DNA of 64,000 nt, taken from Haliotis rufescens (lineage: Eukaryota). Of the stretch, positions 14,290-25,733 are shown in pieces. The notes below the pieces were generated by a model. It saw nothing but the letters and a program-made list of their open reading frames with translations, had not been told where the DNA came from and ran no database searches. The stretch's first letter is position 1. Each line of letters opens with the position of its first letter. A program made the translations under genes and the position numbers. The stretch spans positions 5,518,001 through 5,582,000 of the forward strand of contig NW_025964013.1 of assembly GCF_023055435.1 (NCBI RefSeq). The letters are read 5' to 3'.

Positions 14290-14553
14290 CTTTGTTTCTT
14301 TGTTCGTTGTTTGTATGTAGCTGTATTGCAGCTATATGACGGCGGTCTGTAAATAATCGAGTCTGGACAAGACAATCCAGTGATTGATATCATGAGCATC
14401 GATCCACGCAATTGTGATACGATGACATGCATCAACCAAGTCAGCGAGCCTGACCACCAGATCCCGTTAGTCGTCTCTTACGACAAGCATAGTCACCTTT
14501 AACGGCAAGCATGGGTTGCTGAAGATCTATTCTACCCCGGATCTTCACGGGTC
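14290..14553 (-). mobile_element. Family C repeat
   Basis: Same sequence as the 13017 and 15910 copies. Confidence 0.8.
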
Positions 14554-14849
14554 TTCTCACTAGTAAGAAACCTATGAATAATTAACTGCTTCGTCAAAAA
14601 ACCGTTCATGATATAGCTAAACATTCCTTCATCGGGCCATGCATATCCGTCAGTGCCGCTGGTATTGAATCCGATACATGAATTTTAAACATTGCATAAG
14701 CTTTGATGTATGGGAACTGACAAGACATATGTAATATATTTAAAAAAACATTCTCGTCTGTATGTGCATACGTATGCGGGGGCAGGTGCGGGTGCGTGTG
14801 CGCGTGCGTACTTGTGTGTGCGTGTGTGTGTATATCATAAACATAAAAC

Positions 14850-15010
14850 GGCTCGCTGAATTGGTTGATGCATGTCATCGTATCCCACTTAAGTAGATCA
14901 ATGCTCATGATGTCAGTCATTTTGAATTGTTTGGTCCAGACTCGATTATTAACAGACCGCCGTCATATAGCTGCAATACAGCAGAGTGCGGCGTTACATA
15001 AACAAACAAA
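14850..15010 (+). mobile_element. Family C repeat, 5'-truncated
   Basis: 3' half of family C, inverted relative to the 14290 copy. Confidence 0.75.
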
Positions 15011-15396
15011 ACTGTTTACAGTCTGTTCGGATGTGTTCTTGTCAGACTTTGGTCTGAATAAGTAAAGGACACACAACTGAATACTGAATCTTTATTCACT
15101 GAAACAATCGTAGATACGTAGGTCAGATACACATGTTCACCCTGAATACATAAACGAAACACAATAAAAACAATCACACATAGAATATATCAGTGACAGT
15201 GTTGAAATACAAACGTGACAGTCATTCATCAATGTCTGAAGAATAACCCATCTAACTCGAATATCAAGGAAATTGCAACAGACTAATTTGAACAACTTTA
15301 TAGATGACAACTTATTAATTCTATTACAATCAATCAATCCTTGTTTCTAAATACAGAGAAGGCCATAGGCCTATATTACATGCATACAAAGTAGTT

Positions 15397-15670
15397 AAGG
15401 TGAGGTGAAATGGGGTTTAACGTCGCGTCCAAGATAATGGCAAATTATGTAGCGACGTGCATGCACGTGCGTGTGTGGCTGCTTGTGCTAGTCCGGAATG
15501 TTTATAATGAAGCCAACTGAGATACCATGCCGCTGTTTAACATGAATTCCCCACTCAGACACAGAATACTGACTCCGAGCCGACCATTGTTTTAGCCCAT
15601 CAATGTCGAGCACCAGGCAGGGCAACAACAAGTACAATTACTGTCTTTTGGTATGACGCGGCCGGCGATC
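15397..15670 (-). mobile_element. SINE family B, 5'-truncated
   Basis: Matches the body and (CCTCA)n tail of 16781-17104. Confidence 0.75.
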
Positions 15671-15909
15671 TGTGCGGACTAGACCTTGGAGACGGTCACA
15701 AAGTAGTTGAAGGTACATTTATTTATACAATATACAACAATAGCCATGGTAACTGATAAATAACATCAAGTCGTTGAATAAGTGCATGCTTTCTAAGATT
15801 CATGGCATTGAAGATGAACACTGACAAATGTTTAATTGTAGTAGTATTTGTAGTCTTCATTGGTAAATAAAATGTATACAATTGAGGACCTTGAAAAAAT
15901 AATCATAAA

Positions 15910-16168
15910 TGTTTTGTTTGTTTGTTGTTTAACGCCGCACTCAGCAATATTCCAGCTATATGACGGCGGTCTGTAAATAATTGAACAGACAATCCAGTGA
16001 TTGACATAATGAGCATCGATCCACGAAATTGGGATCAATGACATGCATCAATCAAGTCAGCTAGCCTGACCACCCGATTCCGTTAGTCACCTCTTACGGC
16101 AAGCATAGTCGCCTGTCACGGCAAGCATGGGTTGCTGAAGACCTATTCCACCCCGGATCTCCACGGTT
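15910..16168 (-). mobile_element. Family C repeat
   Basis: Same sequence family. Confidence 0.8.
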
Positions 16169-16780
16169 CTTTTGTTATGATTCAGGAATTATTTGGTTTT
16201 GCAACTAGAGAAATACCTACTCATGTTTTATTAAAAGTGTTGAAATACGAATAAATACATTCATAAATTTGGCTCTATATTTAGTGACATAATTACTATG
16301 AAAATTAAAATAAAAAATAATATTATGACCTAATAAAATAACACGTATTGTATGATCGTCATCTATTTGGAAGAGCTTTTCGTAAAATCCTAAATATACC
16401 CTTATGTTTTCGTTTCGCTGCTGTAACAAACATTGTTATGAATACCGTTTCAAAACACAGAAAGACGGGGGATAGACGAGAAATAAGACTAATAAATAAT
16501 ACTTCGAGAAAGCAGTTGTTTTATGTTCACTGGACATTCATTATATTCATAATTATTTTGAAAATGTGTGAATTTTACGTTTGCTATTTATGGGATATTT
16601 TACGCAAATTTAAAATGTCTCATCGTGTGTATTTGCTTGTTTAATGAATACTTGTAATTTTTCTCTCTTAAATTCAGATATTAAAACCGCTCATCCCCGT
16701 CCCACTTGATTTTAGACTTAAACATGTATGATTTTACACTTCAACTTGTATTTGTAGTTTAATTAATGATAAACTAAAGA

Positions 16781-17104
16781 GGTGAGGTGAGGTGAGGTGA
16801 AATTGGGTTATGTGTGTGTGTGTGTGTGTGTGTGTGGCTGCTTGTACTAGTCCGGACTGATGCCGATTTATAGTGCTAGCTCACTGAGATACCATGCCGC
16901 AGTTTAACATGAATACCCCACTCAGACACAGTATACTGACTCCGAGCCGACCAGTCCTTGTTTTAGCCCCTTAATGCCGAGCGCCAGACAGGGTAACAAC
17001 AAGTACATTTTTTTAACGTCTTTTTGTATGACGCGGCCCGGGATCGAACCCCGGACCTTCCGCTCTCCGGGCGGACGCTCTACCACAAGACCACGGAGGC
17101 GGTC
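16781..17104 (-). mobile_element. Full-length tRNA-derived SINE family B (Meta-SINE-like body)
   Basis: A and B boxes, internal (CA)n, (CCTCA)n tail, and a 13-bp TSD gataaactaaaga at 16768-16780 and 17105-17117. Confidence 0.9.
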
Positions 17105-17482
17105 GATAAACTAAAGACAACATAACTGACACGAATGTAAACAAAAAGAAACACAGGGGGATTCTACAACATTAATACACTGGGCAAGGTAGATTCTACG
17201 CTACTGGCTTATACAAAAGGAAACCACTACCACCTAGAGTATATATTACGATTAGCTGCCTTTGAGTTATCCAAAAGGTCAATGACGTTACTAATCGCTT
17301 GCAAGCGAAAAGGTATGTTGTTCCACACTTCTTTCAGCATTGGGTCGGGTAGGGTCGGAATAGTACTTTTGGCTATCGAATCGATAGTTATGTGGTTCAC
17401 TATCGATATTAACTATATGTATGACGTTAAATCTGTGGTGCATTCTTCGTGTTGTTGAAGTGTCGATTCGAGTCATAAAGTT

Positions 17483-17629
17483 AGTGTGAGTGAGTGCGTT
17501 AGATTTTACGCCGCTTTTAGCAATATTCCAACAATATCACACCAGACACCAGAAATGGGCTTCACATAATGTACCCATATCGGGAATCGAACCCGGGTCT
17601 TCGGCGTGACGAGCGAACGCTTTAACCAC
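17483..17629 (-). mobile_element. SINE family A, 5'-truncated
   Basis: Matches family A; flanked by cataaagtta direct repeats. Confidence 0.85.
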
Positions 17630-18196
17630 ATAAAGTTAACAAAATAAAGAGGCAATGTGTGAACGTAAAGCAGATTATTTGTGTGAACGATCTAAGCTAT
17701 TTAGGGTCCGTACCAAGTTTCGATTGTAGCTTACAATGATCTTAACCAACATTCGCTTTGTGCAAGTGGATGGCGATTGTAGCCGAAGCCTAAGATCGCG
17801 ATCTTAAGAATTTACAATAATTGTAGCGCTAAGATTGTTCTGTGCAAGTGGACGCTGGGCTTTTTAGCTATGCTTGGTGTTTTGTGCAGTGGGTTTTTAC
17901 AGAGTATGGCAGCTCTGTGAGCTCGCTGATATTGTTTATGTTGTTTGTGAGTTATGGGTGTGGTTGTGGCTGATGGGGCAGTTGTAAGCTTTTGTATTTC
18001 GTTGGCAAGAAAAGCTGCACTGAGCTGATGATGTGGTGTGGGTACAGGGTCGTTGGCAGGGGAGGGGTTGAAGGAAGTGGGCCTGGGAGGGATGACCTTT
18101 ATTGGTTCGGGGCTTGGATATGTTGCTTGTGATGCATGGGTTTGGGAAGTAGGGGTGGTTGTGGTGTGTAGTGATTGTAGTTTTAAATACAATGTA

Positions 18197-19737
18197 AACT
18201 GGCGCCCAAAGGAAACTTTACCAACTGAAAATATAAATTTTAGACAAAGTATAAAATCTTTTTCGATGAAGTCTATCTAAAACACATAACCTAAATACAA
18301 CAATAGTGTATGCTGAAAATGTTAATCGTCTCTTACATGTTTGCGAGATAACACGCGAAAAAGTGAAAAACACGTGCACCACGGACAACTGCAAATGCAC
18401 GTACGGGTAAGGGTATAAAACGATTGCAACGGCAAGTCAGACATCCACAGTGATAAAAAACACACAAAAGAAATGACACGACTCACATTCGAACAACGTG
18501 AACGAGCCTTGGGTATGGTACAGATGGGAGCCACCCACGCCCATATTGCAAGAACCTTCGGTTGCTCCCGTGTTGCCGTTACCAACTTGATGCAACGTTA
18601 CAGACAGACAGGGCGGACCGCTTACAGTCCAAGAACAGGCAGACCCAGGGTGACCACGCCCCATGATGACCGGTACTTGCGTACTTTGCACCTCCGAAAT
18701 CGCTTCCTGACAGTGACGTCATCGGCGACAAATGCCTTAGGTCACAGGGTTAGTCGACAGACAGTGGCCAGGAGACTCCGGGCTCATGGAATCAGGGCTT
18801 TTAGACCATACAGAGGACAGCTATTGACAGTGCAACATCGTCGTCTGCGATTGAGATCGGCCCGGACTGTACGACGTTGGCAACGACGTGACTGGCAGTG
18901 GGTTGTCTTCACTGACGAAAGTCGATTCTGTATGTTTAGGGCTGATGGAAGACAACGTGTTTACCGCCGAAGGGTTGAACGAACGGCGGCGTGTTGCGTG
19001 CAGGAGGTCGTACCATATGGTGGAGGGAGTGTCATGGTGTGGGGAGGGATCTGTGGGCAGGAGAGGACACCGCTGGTCATCGTTGACGGAAACTTGACAG
19101 CTCAGCGGTACATGGATAACATTCTTCGTCCAGTTGTCCTACCATTTCTCCAACAGCAGCCACGTGGCGTCATTTATCAGCATGACAACGCTAGAGCCCA
19201 TACAGCCAGAATTGTCACTAACTTCCTCGCAGCCAACAACGTCAACGTCCTGCCGTGGCCTGCACGCTCACCCGACATGTCCCCCATAGAACACCTCTAG
19301 GACTTGATGGATCGTCGTGTTCGACAACGACCACACTCTCCAGCCAACCGGAAAGAACTGATCTTGGCCCTCCAAGAAGAATGGCGTCAAATCCCACGTG
19401 ACCTCATCAGACGACTGACTTTTTCTGTGCGTCGAAGAGTTTTTGAGTGTTTTGAGGCATTTGGTGGTTTCACACGCTACTAATGACTTGTTATTGAACG
19501 TGAGCGATTGTTTATGTACTCTGCCTATTGACCCTGATTCTGAAAGCTCGAGTTTTGTACCACACCCAACTTTGGGAGCTCTGACGTCATTCTCGGCCGC
19601 GGTATGATGTCATTTTCAGTGTTGATTATGTTGATATATTGATCTTCTCAATACATTTTACTTCATGCATGTATGTTTTGTTGTTTTTGAGCAAGAGTGA
19701 TTTCAAACTCTGGTAAAGTTTCTTTTGGACGTCAGTT
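18197..19737 (+). mobile_element. Tc1/mariner DD34E transposon, full length; transposase 18473-19483 with one nonsense codon
   Basis: TIRs aactggcgcccaaaggaaactttacca / tggtaaagtttcttttggacgtcagtt with TA flanks. Catalytic residues VFTDES, HDNA-34aa-PIEHL. TAG at 19298-19300 replaces the W of IEHLWD, and the frame continues to GGFTRY-stop. Confidence 0.95.
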
Positions 19738-19901
19738 TATATAACACTGCCAAAACCTGCTTCATAGTTCTACCACGTAGACAACATATGTCTATCATCA
19801 ACGGATGCCAAGAGAGAAGGACGAGCCCTTATCAACTACATAAAAAGGTTTATCTAAGATATATTCATTTATATGTAAAAGGAGTTATTCTTAACATTCG
19901 T

Positions 19902-20247
19902 GACCGCTTCAGTGGTCTAGTCGTAGAGCGTCCGCCCGGAGAGCGGAAAGTCCGGAGTTCGATCCCCGGCCGCGTCATACCAAAATACGTTAAAATATGG
20001 TACTTGTTGTTACCCTGTCATTTAGCATTAAGATGCTAAAACAAGGACTGGTCGGCGCTGTGTCAGTCATACTGTGTCTGTGTGGGGTATTCATGTTAAA
20101 CTGCGGCATGGTATCACAAAGAGCTATCACTATAAAATCGACATTACACCGGACTAGTACAAGCAGCCAAACACACGTGCATGCACGTCGCTATATAAGC
20201 GCAATAATAGTGGACGCGACGTTAAACCCCATTTCATCGAAGCTCAC
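19902..20247 (+). mobile_element. SINE family B
   Basis: Full head, body and tail similar to the 16781 copy. Confidence 0.85.
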
Positions 20248-20412
20248 TTAACGCACGTTCCCAAAGTCGAATGATCGGTTGTTTAAATGTATTTTCAGTG
20301 GTGTCTGGTCATCACAGCCTCATATTTTGTTCATAGCATGATATTCATCTCACACACATAGCTATACTGTAACCTTAGCAACGTCAGCGGTACGTGGATT
20401 GGTTTGAAACAG

Positions 20413-20957
20413 CTGTCAACGCGCATGTTGACGGGGAATTAGCTCTCGGGGGAATAAAGGCAAAAAATCGACATCACTGTCAACTGCACAACATCACTGC
20501 ACAACATGTGAACAATAAACAACAATTGTACATTGAGCGGAATACCTGCTCTGACAACACAAACAAGGCGATGTGCGGACCTTCCAGCTCAGGCATACAT
20601 GAGGTGAGCGGAGCTCCAGCTCAACCTCAGGACGTTTCCTACGAGCGGCACATCCTGATCGAGGTCGTCCTTACACCCATGTCCGGATTCCAAGCTTGAC
20701 TAACACCATATAATAATAACACATATATAGAACAACAATATATATAATGAACAACAATGGACAGACAAAGAGACAACGACGTTGCTTTGGACATTGGACA
20801 TATGGGCGTGATTAACCGACACAGTTAGGGGAAGATCAATTAGGGCAATAAATGTCATACTATAAAAAGCAGTAGTTAAAGGGAAGTGATATGGTAGTCC
20901 AGGCTGACTGACAGTCACAATACAATGAAATGTTGGTGAAGATTAACACCGGGGATT
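20413..20957 (+). repeat. Left arm of a ~540-bp long inverted repeat (partner 23648-24172)
   Basis: tgtcaacgcgcatgttgacggggaattagctc...aatgaaatgttggtgaagattaaca is the diverged reverse complement of 23648-24172. Confidence 0.85.
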
Positions 20958-21344
20958 CCAATTTGGAATGAACGTTGGAATGCTTTAGAAAGATCGCTCA
21001 TTCCAAACTTTCCAAAGCTTGGAAGGATCGATCTTTCCAGAAAATCCCAAATTGGAATGGCAACATTTCCAAACATATTTCCAACACAGGAAATGTTTGG
21101 AATGACTTGGAATGGTTTCGAATGGTTTGGAATTGTTTGGAAATATGGTTAGAAGGAACAAGTTAAAATATGTTTTATCAGTAATTTGAACAATAAAAAG
21201 ACTATGAATTAATTTTTGAGGTTAAACTATATATAATAAATAATAAATTTATCTCAAACATTCACTACTTGTCTGTCTAGCGAGGGGCTTTTACAGTCGC
21301 ATTCTCCCTAAGGTGAGAGAGAGACCCGCACTTGACTCGAAAAG

Positions 21345-22330
21345 ACACTTACTTACTTACTTAAATTGGATATTTAACGTGCGCTTTCCGACTGCAAGCG
21401 TATGTCGCACACGGGCCCGGCCAGGCCATTTAATGTGTTTCCAAAAAGGGGAAAAGTGAGTTTGTGCAACCCAGGAGGGGGGGGCTTTAGGGGTTGCTTA
21501 TATAGTAATTTTGAAATTTTGAGATTTGGAAAGAATGCCAAGAATGGGTGGGGGACGAACTAAGGGAGCTAAGTGTGTCGGGTGGTTGTTAGATAAGGTA
21601 GTTTTGGTTTTAATATTTTATTTGAGGTTTAAATGCGACTAATTAGTCCTGTTTTAATTAGGTATAAACCTAAGGCTTTGAATTTTTCTAATTTATTTTG
21701 TGGATTTGGGATTGATTCTAGTGTAAGTCCGGTTTTAAGATTTAGGGTGGTCTGTAGTGTTGTTCGGTGTGTTTGGTAGTGTGTGCAGTGAATGAGTACG
21801 TGTTCTGGTGTTTCTTGTTGTTTGCAATGTGGGCAGTTTCCTGTTGTGTGTAGATTAGCTATTTTACGGTGGTTATTTAGTTTGGTGTGGCCTGTTTGTA
21901 GTTTAGTAATTATTCTGTCGATTTTTTTGGATGGGTGTAGTATTTTTGGTTTATTTAGGTTTTTTTGGTACTTTCCTGATTTGTCTGTTTAATTTTTGGT
22001 ATATATTTTGCCATTTTTTGTTTTTTTTGTTTAGTGAGACTTTTGATTTCTGATTTTGAGCTGGGTAAGTTTAAGCTTATTTCTGGGAGTTTAAGGGATA
22101 ATTTTGCTGCTTTATATGCCTTTTCATTTCCAAAGATTCCTACGTGGGCGGGGGTCCAAATGAACTCTATTTGTTTACCTGCCCTAGTTAAGTTGTTTGA
22201 GCTATTGAGTATTTGATTTATTAGTTTGGGGTGGTTTTTAGTGTTTTTATTTTTGAGGGCTTGTAGTCCACCGAGGGAGTCGGTTAGGATGAGAATTTTT
22301 TTTTGTTTTTTAGATTGCTGATTGTGTAGT
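21345..22330 (-). mobile_element. 3' part of an RNase H-containing non-LTR retrotransposon (I-group-like), decayed
   Basis: The minus strand encodes ILTDSLGGLQAL and IEFIWTPAHVGIFGNEKA (RNase H), then CPHCKQQETPEHVLIHC (CCHC knuckle), ending in a (TAAG)n tail at about 21345-21362. Confidence 0.85.
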
Positions 22331-23647
22331 GCTGAGACAACTAATAGGTCTCAAGATTAAGTATTCGGCTGGATGGCAGCTGCCATTGAATTACAAAACA
22401 GACAGTTGTCTAGACGGCTCACATGTAACTGCGCCGACATGTGCCTAAGATCATAAAATGGACAATCTTTGGTAACATCTAATTTATTGTTGTCTCACGC
22501 CAGAGCTGTGAATAATTCTGTTCATTGAACAATTGGAATTCAGGAAGTTATCAATGATTGTTTTACTTAACATAAGATAAGATAAGTTGTTTACAACATA
22601 ATATTATGATGTCAGGACGTTCTACAGTCAAAACCATATATTTTAAAATCAATTTAATGACAGACTATGATTTCCAAGTCCCGATTAGCAAATCAATGAG
22701 GTATCAGTTTCACCACATGTGCACAGACCGCCTATACTTATATATATATTTTTCATAACTATTCTCCAGTTAAAGTCCTATCCTCTTATCAAAAAATCTG
22801 TGAGAGTGATCATCATTATCGAAACTCATTCTCGTCAAAGAATACAGAACAAATGAAGAATCAGATGCATACATTTATTGCCATGCTTCATTCATCACGA
22901 AGTAGATTTACATACATTTGTGAATAGCACTTAAACTGTGATAATGAATTTTACCATTGTCCATATTATATTATAAATATTAACCATAATATGGATTTCC
23001 GAATATATAAACGACTCCAACGTTGATATTTCAGACAAAAACAAAGTCAGCTGTCTTTTAACGTTCAGGGGAAAAGGATTTGCTTTCACAATTGAACATT
23101 TGTTTTCACCAAATCAAGCCAAAAACACGAAAAATACACATATATGGTTAGCGACCGTCATTATACAGAAGAAGAAGAAGAAGAAAATATTTATTTTCGT
23201 GTCACACACTGTACAGCAGTGACAATAAAAAAAATTTTCGGGTGTCCAAAATTATGAGACAAACCATCAGAGTTGGTCTGTCCAATTCATGTCGCTGTGC
23301 ACATTTTGGTTTTGTTGCAATTATTAGATTTTGAGTTAGTAAGCAATTCATCGGTCTCAAATGTACCTTGGAACCGTACTTGTGCAACAGTCTACATTTT
23401 GTAATCTCTACGTAGATAATACCTTCATCTACGTAGATGGTATTTTTAGACTAATACGTTTCCATGCATAACTACGTGAATATGTAGGGAAAGTAGTATT
23501 TGGTGTTGCTTATTGACTAGACCCCGCCTCAGTATTGTCATAGCGACTGATTTACGACTACCATTGTCTGAAGTACATTTGACTCCAAAGGCAAATTACC
23601 CTGTAGCCATGTCTCCATAACTTAATTGTCATTACGTTTTAGGCGCT

Positions 23648-24172
23648 AATACCCGTTGTTAATCCTCACCAACATTTCATTGTATATTGACTGAGAGCCA
23701 AACTGGGCTACTTTATCACTTCCCGTTAATTACTGTTATTTATAGTATGACATTTATTGCCTTAATTGTTCATCCCCTGAGTTGTGTCGGTACGTCGCCC
23801 CCGGAAGTCCCATGTCCAGAGCAACGTTATTGTATTTCCATTGTTCAGTACTATATATGTGCTACCATTACACAGTTACTACGGTGTTAGTCAGGCTTGG
23901 TATTCCGAGTGCTGGTGTAGGGACGACCTCGAGCAGGATGTGCCGCTCGTAGAAAACGCCCTGAGGTTAGCTGGAGCTCCGCTCACCTCTTGTACACCTA
24001 AGCTGGAAGGTCCGCTCATCCATGTGTTGGTGTTGTCAGAGCAGGTATTCCGCTCATTGTGCAATTGTTGTTTATTGTTTACATGTTGTGCATAAAGCGT
24101 TCCGGGACAGTGATGTCGATTTTGTCCTTTATTCCCCCAAGAGCTAATTCCCCGTCAACATGCGCGTTGACA
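23648..24172 (-). repeat. Right arm of the long inverted repeat
   Basis: Ends ...ccccgtcaacatgcgcgttgaca, the reverse complement of the 20413 start. Confidence 0.85.
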
Positions 24173-24417
24173 TTATTATATCGGCCCTGTGATGGTAGTA
24201 AGTACGTTTAACTAGTGAGTTACGTCGGTGCAATGACTAGTTCCTACTCTCCATTGGCCGTAGCATCAATACATGCGACAAAACTCTCTTCATTAGCCCA
24301 AGAAACGTCTACTAAACACGTCTAAGGTATGTGCCATTTCTCTTCCCCATTTACCTGACACGCAAATATTGTCTAAAGCAGCGTTAAACACAACGCACAA
24401 CCACTCCTTCTTTGTGA

Positions 24418-24700
24418 AGGGGGCACGGGTGGCCCAGTCGTCTAAGGCGCCGCGATTCGCTGTGCAGAGTTGCGTCCCTTGGGCACCCCAGAAACCTATG
24501 ATTGTGGGTTCGAATCCCGGTTCGCCCAGATTATGTTTCTAGGTTTGTCAGAACCATACCCGTGCTCGTGGGTTTCACCGAAGTGGTAAACGTCTGAGAC
24601 CTGCATCACTTCGGGCTTTCCTCCCACATTAAGCTGACACGCCGCGATATAACTGGAATACTGTTAAAAGCGGCGTTAAACCAAACTCACTCACTCACTC
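24418..24700 (+). mobile_element. tRNA(Leu-like)-derived SINE family D
   Basis: A box tggcccagtcgtctaagg, B box ggttcgaatcc, (ACTC)n tail, direct repeat tttgtgaagg; second copy at 32322. Confidence 0.85.
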
Positions 24701-25733
24701 TTTTGTGAAGGCGCAACACCTCATAGGTACATAGGTCAGTACAACATCTCATAGGTATTAGTTAAAGTTATTGAAATATTTAATAATTTACTTCTTTTTG
24801 GAAAGTTTGGGATTTAATGACTCTAATCCAATCGAACACTTGCTTGTGAGCAAATACTGTATCAATCACTGCCACATGAGAGCAATATGCGGTTTCGATT
24901 CATATTGTTGCAGTAGCACGCTGCCAAAAATGTATCTGCTTCAAATATCACAAAATCATGCATTCTCAAAACGTATCATAGCATGTTGTCTTTACAACAT
25001 ATATATGGAGGGTACCATCACTCAAAAAAAGTTATTGGTGAATTAGAATTCGGTGGCCTATGGGGTAACCAGTTTTTCTACATTGAGGCCAATCTTCATC
25101 GGGATGACCACATCCATATCCTATGCCTATACACATAGCTGGATAAATGTCAGGGTTATTTAGGATTTATTATATTAATACATTCAAAACAAGGCGTTAA
25201 CATTCCACATCATTCCAAGCATGCATAAATATGAAACATTATTTGGTTCATTAATTAAGCATATGTAAAGTTTCTCTTATTTAAATTTGCAAATGAGGAA
25301 AGATCTTTTGTCCCATGAAAATATTGTAAGCCTTTTTTTGTGAAGTATTCTTTTGTTTTTATCTTTCACTGTATGTACAAAAAGACCAGCTACTACATCC
25401 ATAAATATACGACTGACCAATATATGACAGAAACGTTCACTGTTGAATACGTGTAAACAATACAGATAATGAGTGTTTAATGTGCAGTTCACGTGTACGT
25501 CGCATTTCAAAACCTCCTGTCGTGTCCATGCAGAACTATTTCAGGAGCGTCCCCACCAGAATGTGGTCCCGGAGATGTCAATGAATGTACTGAAAACAGT
25601 CTCCTTACGCAAGTGACGTGGTTGAAATGTAAGTCTACCTACGCAATCACCACATGTTGCTCTCTGTCCACTGGTTGTGAAGTCGGTGTAACGGTATATA
25701 CTGTATATTTCATTTTGAAATTTCAGGGTGAGT

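Noticed and set aside
17812-18192. 126-aa Pro/Thr-rich ORF
   Set aside because: It has the same strand-skewed composition as the 21.3-22.3 kb retroelement and no gene signals, so it is probably a retroelement remnant.
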